DNA of 63,847 nt from the NCBI GenBank assembly GCA_003336485.1, contig QENH01000199.1:1-63847 (forward strand), in the 5' to 3' direction. A program made the translations under genes and the position numbers. Source of the stretch: Candidatus Methanophagales archaeon. GTDB taxonomy: Archaea; Halobacteriota; Syntropharchaeia; Alkanophagales; Methanospirareceae. This document shows, in pieces, positions 40,813 through 48,876 of this stretch (its first letter is position 1; every line of letters starts with the position of its first letter). Below the pieces are notes generated by a model. It was not told where the DNA came from, did not search any database, and saw only the letters and a program-made list of their open reading frames with translations.

Positions 40813-41727
40813 GTGATAACGATGGATTTGAAAGATTTTATATACCTCGATATAGACCGTGTTCGATCTTTTACTTCACAACTTTTCGAAGGCATTCCGG
40901 AGACCAGTAATTCAAAAAATGGAAAGGAACAAGATATTAAAGGAAAATTTAAAGGCGGTGTGCCTCTTTTGGCAAGCGGTGGAGTTGAAGGAGGTTTATT
41001 GTTACGCCAAGAAAAAACTGAAACAAAAAGCCTACAACATTATATTTACGTGTTATTTGAAAATAAACTGAATGATTTGAAAAAACTTAAAGTATTGAAC
41101 GAAAAGTTTGATAAAAAAAATTGGGTTGATGGTATTGTAAGAAAGGGCTTAAAAGAGTCGGAATTTATCAAAATTACAGCAAATGTTAAAATATTTGACT
41201 ATGAATATTTAGACACTGTATTCAAAATGGTTAAAGAACTTCCAGACACGGTTGCTGAATTGACTTCGATGAGTTTAACCAAAGATAAAAAGAAACAGAA
41301 AAAAAGAGAAATGCTAAAAGAGATGGGTGCTCAGGATTGGGATAGTACTATAAGGTCAATATCAAAATTCATAGACACAATGTACAAAGGGATCATTAGC
41401 TTAAAAATATATCCTGTAGGTACGGATTCTGCACCGTATCTTTTAGGCAGACTTAATAAAAACTACCTGCAATATGACCGGGAAACATTATTATTTCAAT
41501 ACGGTACAGAACCAAATCAAAAGTGGACGATAGTTGGGCAAATATCTACGATCCCTGACAAAAAGGAGACTACGGTAGAAGAACCACAACTAAAGGATGA
41601 ATATAATATGCTTGATGTGGAGAATATAATGGAATATATACTAAAAATTATGGTAAGTACGGGACTGAAATTTTCTGTGTCATATCCTTCAATTGGTATT
41701 ATTCCATTGGCAATATATAGAGTTTGA
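40813..41727 (+). CDS. hypothetical protein, no recognisable domain (defence-island cassette 1)
   Basis: Intact 304-aa ORF. The likely start is ATG 40822, after AAAGGTG. Visibly more A/T-rich than the RM gene. MDLKDFIYLDIDRVRSFTSQLFEG... shows no motif I can assign. Confidence 0.6.
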   Translation: MITMDLKDFIYLDIDRVRSFTSQLFEGIPETSNSKNGKEQDIKGKFKGGVPLLASGGVEGGLLLRQEKTETKSLQHYIYVLFENKLNDLKKLKVLNEKFDKKNWVDGIVRKGLKESEFIKITANVKIFDYEYLDTVFKMVKELPDTVAELTSMSLTKDKKKQKKREMLKEMGAQDWDSTIRSISKFIDTMYKGIISLKIYPVGTDSAPYLLGRLNKNYLQYDRETLLFQYGTEPNQKWTIVGQISTIPDKKETTVEEPQLKDEYNMLDVENIMEYILKIMVSTGLKFSVSYPSIGIIPLAIYRV

Positions 41728-41916
41728 AGGTTGTTGAAGACGTTATGCATACGAATGCTCGAACTACGGAAGAAATACCACGATGCGAGAAGGGAACGCG
41801 ATAAAGAGCTTTATGAACGACGGATACGAATTGTTGATGTGCAGATTGACCGGTTGGTGTATGATTTGTATGGGCTGACGGAGGAAGAGATTGGGATTGT
41901 GGAAGGGTATGAGTGA
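41728..41916 (+). other. start-less duplicate of the Type IIG gene 3-prime tail (copy B)
   Basis: MLELRKKYHDARRERDKELYERRIRIVDVQIDRLVYDLYGLTEEEIGIVEGYE versus the RM C-terminus MLELQKKYHDTRMERDKELYGRQIKIVDTQIDRRVYELYGLTEEEVKIVEENL. It begins directly after the TGA of cassette 1, in the same frame. Confidence 0.8.
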
Positions 41917-42067
41917 AGTAGTTATGCAATTCGCACAGTTATTGGGTGCATCCTCTTTGTCGCGGTGGAAACTTGAGACGAGAAAAGCTTATATGTAAAG
42001 AAAGCTAAAAACAGTTGGTGATTGAGAATAGAAAATGGGGGCGAGGGTGATGGAGGTTGGAAGTGCT

Positions 42068-43825
42068 ATGCCAGTAAATATTAATCCAATATTTCCGCTT
42101 TCTTACAATCTCGCTGATGGGAAAAAAAAGTATGTTCTATTTTGCGGAGCAGGAGTATCAAAAGATGCTGGTATTCCTACCGGCTGGGAAATCCTCTTAG
42201 AGACAGTAAGACATATTAGAACTCAAAAAGAGGGAGAGAACAAAGAATAAACTGACAAGGAAATGGAAACGTACTATGAAGAAAATTTTGAAGACTCTAC
42301 TTATTCAGATATCATTGAAAGTTTATTTCCTTCAACAGAGGAACAAAGAGCGTTTTTAGAGAACTTCTTTGAGAACAAAGCACCCGGAAAGGCTCATAAA
42401 TTGATTGCAGAGTGGGTAAAAGCAGAATTAATCCGATTTATCATCACAACGAATTTTGATTCTTCAATCGAACATTCGCTAGATGATGTAGGATTAAGAG
42501 GGAAATATTCGGTTATTACAGATGGAGCGCAAGTCTTGACAAGCAAACCCTGGCATCTTGTAGAGAATTGCCGCATTTATAAAGTCCACGGCACCATCGA
42601 ACAAGGAGAAATAAAGAATACCCAAAAAAATTTAGAGAAATTCGATAACGATCTTGAAAATGAGTTCTTGGACATTATCGAAAGACACGGCGTAATTGTG
42701 TTAGGTTATGCGGGTAATAAAGAGGATAAGGCCGTGATGGACTGTTTCAACAAAAGGAGATTTAAAGGATACACTCTTTATTGGACTGTTCACGACAATC
42801 AAATTAAAGACAATGTAAAAGAGTTAGTAGAAGAAAGGCAAGATGGCAGGTTTATTCATATAGAAAGCGCTTCTGATTTTTTGGAAGATGTTTTGAATAG
42901 AGTCGAAATTGCAAGAAAAGGAACGGAACAGACATCGGAGGCGGTTGCACAAGTCCGGTTTAAGAATCTAATTACCTCCGGCTCAGATGTTGAGATAAGA
43001 CAGACCATTGATGAAGAAAGAAGAAAACTCAAAAAATATTTTGAAACTATTTTAGATGAAGTAGATGAAGAAGATTATAAATCTCTGTGGGATGGCTACT
43101 TAAAGCTATTCAATTATTCGTTTAACTTTTTGAGTTTGGTCGATCAGATAATTAAATACCAAAATAAATATTGGGAAAACATATTGCCGGTATTTGAAGA
43201 AATCCAGTCTTTGAATAAAAATCGAAGTCAACATGGCAAAGAGGGGTTGGTGAACTACTATTTCTTTACTTTATTGGAAATGATAGGTGGGATTTTATTA
43301 GAAAATAAGGCTTTCCAGCTACTTCATTCATTATTAGCGGTAAAAAAATTGAATTACACAAAGGATGGAATGGAACCTATTTTAGATTGGGATACTTATG
43401 CGCATTTCATCGAAGTAAAAAATGATGAGGAGGCGAAAGAGACAGGGCAGAACTGGATTGTTCCTCGCATGCATTACCTATGTCAATTAATAGAAAGTCA
43501 AGAGATTCCGTTTGAATATGATTTGAGGGGACGAATAGTTGATGTTGATTTACTATACTTTGTGTATCCTGTTATACATCCTATGGGTCGTTATTCTTAT
43601 TATTGGTCTCCAGAATCAAGCATTTATTCAAGGGGGGATTCTTCGGAGTTATTTAAAAAGATAAAATATGACGGAACGTTTGGAACCGCAGTAGCCAATG
43701 AGTTATTCAATATAAGTTATGAGGAACTTGTTGAAAAATTAGGAGAGGCAAAAGAGAGTTTTAACACGAACGTAATAGGTAGCTTTCATACACCCTGGGT
43801 AGGTAATCCGTTTGAGGATTTTTGA
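42068..43825 (+). pseudogene. SIR2-like (SIR2_2-type) NADase-domain protein with uncharacterised C-terminal domain, interrupted by an in-frame TAA
   Basis: FCGAGVSKDAGIPTGW lies in ORF 42035..42250. TAA at 42248-42250. The same frame continues with ...FIITTNFDSSIEH...IYKVHGT...VLGYAG (ORF 42263..43825). ATG 42068 follows GGAGGT. Confidence 0.7.
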
Positions 43826-43828
43826 TGA

Positions 43829-44062
43829 ACCGATGAAAATATACCTCCAACTGAAAAAGCAAAGCACGATAAACTTGTGGCTCTGGTTGAGAACATGCTC
43901 GAACTGCAGAAGAAACACCACTATGCCAGAATGGACCGCGATAAAGAGCTTTATGAGCGGCAGATAAAGATGGTTGATGCGCAGATTGACAGGTTGGTTT
44001 ATGAGTTGTATGGGCTGACGGAGGAAGAGGTGAAGGTGGTGAAAGAGAGTGTGATTAGATGA
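43829..44062 (+). other. start-less duplicate of the Type IIG gene 3-prime tail (copy C)
   Basis: PPTEKAKHDKLVALVENMLELQKKHHYARMDRDKELYERQIKMVDAQIDRLVYELYGLTEEEVKVVKE versus the RM C-terminus DDPATKAQHDKLVALVENMLELQKKYHDTRMERDKELYGRQIKIVDTQIDRRVYELYGLTEEEVKIVEE. It follows TGA-TGA of the SIR2 ORF, in frame. Confidence 0.85.
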
Positions 44063-44238
44063 ATTGTAAGCAGAATAAAGTATATATAAATGAACAGGAG
44101 ATATATAAAGTGTGGCAGATCATGGTGGAAGTGTACATAGGCTTCGTGCTTACGCGCGGTGTAGGGTGACTTTGGAGCGAATGAAGAATATAACGGCGGC
44201 AGTACGACTATAGAGTCGCTTAGGTAGATGACGTAATT

Positions 44239-44902
44239 ATGAAAATTCGAAAATTCGAAATAAGGAATTTTCGCAATCTTCGTAATATCGAGGTATATCC
44301 TGCACATACTACGATATTTATTGGAGAAAATAATGCAGGTAAATCAAATCTGTTATATGCGCTACGATTATTGCTTGATCCCGAGGCAAAAAGGCTTGAA
44401 TCTGGAATTTCCGAAGAGGATATTAACGATTTGGCAAAAGATGTCACAAATCTTTTATCGCCCCTCATTCCAAGTGGTCAAGGTGAAGTTTCAATAGCAG
44501 TTGCCACTGAAGACCCTTCACAATTAGTCAAGGGACTTCGTCTTAATCTTAAACGTCAATCAGACTACAGAGCATATGATATGTCTCGGCATGGAACAGG
44601 CTTACAAAACCTCGTTCTAATAGCAATGTTTAGACATAGAATATCTACCGCAGGAGTAAGTAATTCAACCAATTCTCGCCATAGAGGAGCCTGAGGCTCA
44701 TTTGCACCCGCAGGCTCAGCGTTGCTTACTCAAGGATTTAGAGAAAATTGGCGGACCGGTACTTTTGACAACACACTCGCCAGGTATAGTAGAGTGCTCA
44801 GATCCTTTAGGACTTATCCGTCTGACTTCAACGGATCAAAATCAATTTTCAGGATTCATGGGAAACCGCACTTGGACTTGCTATTATAGAACTTGCACAT
44901 AA
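44239..44902 (+). pseudogene. decayed OLD-family / AAA_15-type ABC ATPase
   Basis: MKIRKFEIRNFRNLRNIEVYP...FIGENNAGKSNLLYAL (Walker A). After a frameshift, ILAIEEPEAHLHPQAQ (Walker B-like) and LLTTHSP. Only ~220 codons in total, and no TOPRIM region is recognisable. Confidence 0.6.
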
Positions 44903-44930
44903 TCCCAGTTCAAGCCTATTTTTACATAGG

Positions 44931-45521
44931 GTGTTAGCGGCAGTTGAAGAAGGTGGTCTGGCATTTCGGCTTGGAGACGAAGATGCTCTTGATGAAGCCT
45001 TAAGAATTCGTGATAAACTTAAAATATCTGAAAACTTAGAATTTAATCCAAAGAAAGTACACAAAATTTTAGATGCAGCGGGCATGGAAGAGATTATACA
45101 AAAAGTATCAGCGGGTATTAGTGATGCTCGACAAAGGATAACGAATCTAAGAAAGATGATAGAAGATATATCTTCGGAGGCTGGAAAACATGGTATTGAT
45201 CTTCTTCAGGTAATAGATCGATTCTTAGGTCACGGAGCAATTCAAATTATATCTGGTCATCAGTCAAAAGGTGGTGAATTCGATATTGTATTTTTTATTG
45301 GTTTAGAAGATGATGTACTTCCCGATTATCGAGCTCACAACAATGATGAGAAACTTGCTGAGGAGCGGCGAATCTTTTATGTTGGACTAACAAGGGCTCG
45401 CAAAGCAGCATATTTGACAAGCGTAACTCATAGACCCGTGCAGGACTGGGTGAAAAATGCTGTTCCATCAAGATTTATAGGGCATATTCCTTATGAATGT
45501 TTCAGTGAGGTTACTCTATGA
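44931..45521 (+). pseudogene. C-terminal fragment of a UvrD/PcrA-type helicase
   Basis: ISGHQSKGGEFDIVFFIGLEDDVLPDYRA...EERRIFYVGLTRARKAAYL = helicase motifs V/VI region. The N-terminal ATPase core is absent. Confidence 0.6.
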
Positions 45522-45601
45522 ACCCATTTCAAAGCTATAAAAACCCCTGAGAAAACGTGGAAAATGGAAAACTTTTTATATAGATTTTTTTTGGTATATA
45601 T

Positions 45602-46213
45602 ATGATGTATGATCATTCACAGACAATAGGTTTCTTTGATTTGGAAACACAGTATTTGTTTGAAGATATTGAACCACGATGGAAACAGATGAGGTGGCGG
45701 GAAAAATCAACAATTCGAGACACGTTGACAAAAAAGCTGCGATTAGCTGTCGCTGGTTTAATGGATCATGAAGGGGATGTAAAATTTTTTACTGAGGACA
45801 ATATTGAAGAACTATTTAATGCATTAGAATCTGTTGATCTGATTATTGGACATAATCTATTGATGTTTGATTACATAGTCTTGAGTTCATATTATTCCAG
45901 CATGGATGTAGTAGAAAAATTTCAAGAAAAGACCTTCGATACCCTGAAAGAATTAGAAAAGGTAACAGGCATATGGACTGGACTAGAGGACCTGGGACAG
46001 CTAAATTTGCGTAGCCACAAGTCTGAAGATACGTTAAAAATTCCTGAGATGTGGCGTGACGGGAAGCATGACGAGGTTAAGGCGTATCTTCGAACAGATT
46101 TGGAAATCACAAAAGGAATCTACGATTATGGTAAAACAAGAGGAGAACTCAAGTATACCTATAAAGAATATGGAGAAATAAAAGGTGTAAGAACTGTAAA
46201 GGTGCATTGGTAA
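45602..46213 (+). CDS. DEDDh-type 3-5 exonuclease (RNase H-like fold)
   Basis: Exo I FFDLET, Exo II IIGHNLLMFDYIVL, Exo III HDEVKAYLRTDLEITKGIYDY. Confidence 0.65.
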   Translation: MMYDHSQTIGFFDLETQYLFEDIEPRWKQMRWREKSTIRDTLTKKLRLAVAGLMDHEGDVKFFTEDNIEELFNALESVDLIIGHNLLMFDYIVLSSYYSSMDVVEKFQEKTFDTLKELEKVTGIWTGLEDLGQLNLRSHKSEDTLKIPEMWRDGKHDEVKAYLRTDLEITKGIYDYGKTRGELKYTYKEYGEIKGVRTVKVHW

Positions 46214-46490
46214 AGAAAAATGTCAAGCAGAAAGGCGTATGGTTCGTGGAAGAGTCGGAATTTAGAGGCGGCACCGCAATTCAAAATTTCCACAAAAAGA
46301 AGCCACCTTAATATGCACGAAAAAGATTTTTACCCGCAGTGCAAAACTTCTTGAAGCACCAAAAGAAGTGTCTTTCAGAATACGTTGGAACTGAACAATC
46401 CAGGAATCGAGAAAAAACCGCCTACGAGCAGATGTGTTTGGAGTATCAAATGATGGAGAAAATCCTCACAAAAATCGCCCTTAGGGTCAA

Positions 46491-46905
46491 GAAAGCACCC
46501 TTCGGGTGCAAATCAATTGTTTGTAGCTAGGGCTAAGCAGTGGATGTTTCCAATCCGATATTTTACAACAAAAAACTTCGTTTTCTGTCGGGGGACCCTA
46601 CTCATAGAAGACGAGTGTCATTTTTCGCCCACAATTTGGACATTTTGGCGTCCAGTTATTCACTTTTGTAATTTCGACATCACGGAGGTTATCTTTTTCC
46701 GCAAGGTGAAATCCCGCCCCTTAAAGTTGAGATTGTCTTCGAATATGTGTGTTTGGCCGTGAGATGGGCATTGGTAGTAAGACCGAGGAGAACGATGAAA
46801 AGGCTTGTTCCGGGTGTGAAGATGTCTGGATGCATCAGTTAGATGTATTGTTGGATGGTTATGATATTTGATGCGGTGCGAACGCAAAGTTATAGTTTAT
46901 ATACC
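46491..46905. repeat. ~410-bp dispersed repeat, copy 2
   Basis: Aligns with 468-875 and has the same GCACCC-TTCG-GGTGC hairpin at its left end. The minus-strand Zn-ribbon ORF is further decayed: a frameshift, and TAG where copy 1 has AAG. Confidence 0.85.
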
Positions 46906-47140
46906 CGTACAAATTCTCTATCGAGTTTCATAATGCTTCTAGGTCTAAGCCAAATATTTAAAAACTGTCGGTACACTGATTGGATATTAACTAAATATGC
47001 TAACGGTCCAAATCGGTTATATTCGGCTGGTCTTGCTAGTTCAGGGGGAATTTAAACAAAACTTCATATCATGAGAATAATATCAGTACAACTTGAAAAG
47101 GAAAAGTTTAAATATATCCCGGTTCAAGTATATAACAATC

Positions 47141-47299
47141 ATGCCCGAAGTAATCGAATGCGTATATGAGGACGGGGTGCTTAAACCATTCGGGAAGATA
47201 AATCTGAAAGAAAATACGAGAGTCCGGGTTATTCTTAAGGAATCCGTAGTTGAGAAAACCTTTGGCTTTCTTAAAGTAAGCAAGGACGAAATAGCGTAA
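47141..47299 (+). CDS. DUF104 (AF2212-like) antitoxin-family protein, no cognate PIN toxin adjacent
   Basis: MPEVIECVYEDGVLKPFGKINLKENTRVRVILKE is the family signature. Confidence 0.7.
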   Translation: MPEVIECVYEDGVLKPFGKINLKENTRVRVILKESVVEKTFGFLKVSKDEIA

Positions 47300-47826
47300 G
47301 CATTCAAGGAGTTGAAAGATGAATGGCCATGTTACTTTTACCACTACTCACAAGATTGTAGCGGCTGTACTGATTTTTGATATATATATGATAGTGCCCG
47401 AAAAACGGCTTTCATACGTGACGATAGCGCGAATAAAAAGTGGTGAGCAATAGCAAACATCCCACAACCCGTAAATATTACGTGATTCTGTTCACTTCAT
47501 CTACCGTTACAGGGTAAGAGCTTGTAAGGATTCTACTTTTTACCGAAAGTGCGTATATTCTGTATATTCTCAATTTCCCGAATGCATTTTCAATGCAGAA
47601 ATCAAGAATTCAGAACACACCCAGCCAAAAAGGTTACCTTTTTAACACTTGACCAGTAAGCGCCGAAAATGGTGCCCTGAGAACGTCTCGATCACCACTT
47701 TTTTTATACAATAAGATAATCAGGTGTTACGATAGAAAGGGTACACTTAATAACACCCCGAATATACACTAATTTCAAACGGCTAAATACGCGAAAAATA
47801 AGTTTATTTATGCGTATGGCATCTAC

Positions 47827-48312
47827 ATGATATTCATGCCGATAAGGATCAAACACATAAGAGTTTTCAGTTGTCTCATTTTAGTTGCGCTCTTGTTGTG
47901 CCTGTGCACCTACCATTACACCAACTTTGAAGAGCACTTAGAATATCCAGCTACGAAAATGATACAACAGGATCCCGAATCTTACGATGGCTGGACCATC
48001 GCCAAAGGCGGTACAGTTACAGAGGTAGGCGAGTCATCCTTTGTGATTATGTCTATGGATAGAGATATTCGATTCGATTTTGTGATTGACACAAAGGAGG
48101 ATGTATGCCAGGGAGACGAGGTAGAAGTTTTAGGTATATTCAGATCACCAAACATGATCGTGCCAGATAAGATGATTGTTACCCCTGCTCAAAGTCTGAA
48201 GATGGTATATGTCAGGTCGCTAATAGGATTGCTCATATTGGTAATAGCAGTCTTCAGAAGCTGGAAGTTCGATTGCAAGCGCATGGCATTCTTTCCAAGG
48301 AGGAATAACTAA
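47827..48312 (+). CDS. membrane-anchored hypothetical protein
   Basis: N- and C-terminal hydrophobic helices flank a small beta-rich domain. No motif assigned. Confidence 0.45.
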   Translation: MIFMPIRIKHIRVFSCLILVALLLCLCTYHYTNFEEHLEYPATKMIQQDPESYDGWTIAKGGTVTEVGESSFVIMSMDRDIRFDFVIDTKEDVCQGDEVEVLGIFRSPNMIVPDKMIVTPAQSLKMVYVRSLIGLLILVIAVFRSWKFDCKRMAFFPRRNN

Positions 48313-48320
48313 ATAAGTAA

Positions 48321-48803
48321 ATGGTCGATTGGCTCTCTCATGTCCTACTCGCGTGGATCATCTGTCAGATACTGTCGGTGAAGTACAAATTCTTTGGTGG
48401 TAGGCATACCGCGATAGTCATGGTAGGTGCACTCATCCCGGACATAATAAAAGTGGGTCTGCTATTTCGATGGCTAGATATAGACATCTGGGACTTTATT
48501 GTACCGCTACATACGCCAGTAGGTGCAGTCATATCTGCTGCGGTAATCGCACTGTTCTTTGAAGAGCAGATGAACGCATTTAAGCTCCTCGTGTTCGGGA
48601 TGGCAACACATTTCTTATTTGATCTACCGCTCGCCCATGTAAGTGGCGGAATGCTGATGCTATTCCCATTCCATTGGGGACGATATCAAGTATATTTAAT
48701 CCCTACTGACGATTGCATAGTGCCAATTCTGGCTTCTGTAGTGGCCATTGTGATCTATATAGTTAAGTCCCGTGTAACAGCCAAAAATCAGGTGGGCTCA
48801 TAA
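48321..48803 (+). CDS. membrane-bound metal-dependent hydrolase-like protein (DUF457/YdjM-like)
   Basis: MVDWLSHVLLAW... N-terminal His, polytopic, ATHFLFDLPLAHVSGG. Confidence 0.5.
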   Translation: MVDWLSHVLLAWIICQILSVKYKFFGGRHTAIVMVGALIPDIIKVGLLFRWLDIDIWDFIVPLHTPVGAVISAAVIALFFEEQMNAFKLLVFGMATHFLFDLPLAHVSGGMLMLFPFHWGRYQVYLIPTDDCIVPILASVVAIVIYIVKSRVTAKNQVGS

Positions 48804-48876
48804 AACAATCACGTCAATCCGAGATTTAATAATAGATTTATATAAATAACCTTCTGATTATTCAACTGTTTAGCAG

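Noticed and set aside
41725-43828. TGA codons after the cassettes, the TAA in the SIR2 gene and the TAG in repeat copy 2, read as recoded (Sec/Pyl) or alternative-code sense codons
   Set aside because: All three stop codons terminate the conserved ribosomal and housekeeping genes in this window normally. No SECIS- or PYLIS-like context or pyl/sel genes are visible. Pseudogenisation or plain termination is the simpler explanation.
46339-46530. 63-aa ORF running into the left end of repeat copy 2
   Set aside because: The corresponding ORF at copy 1 enters the shared hairpin region in a different frame, so the shared sequence is unlikely to be coding on the plus strand.
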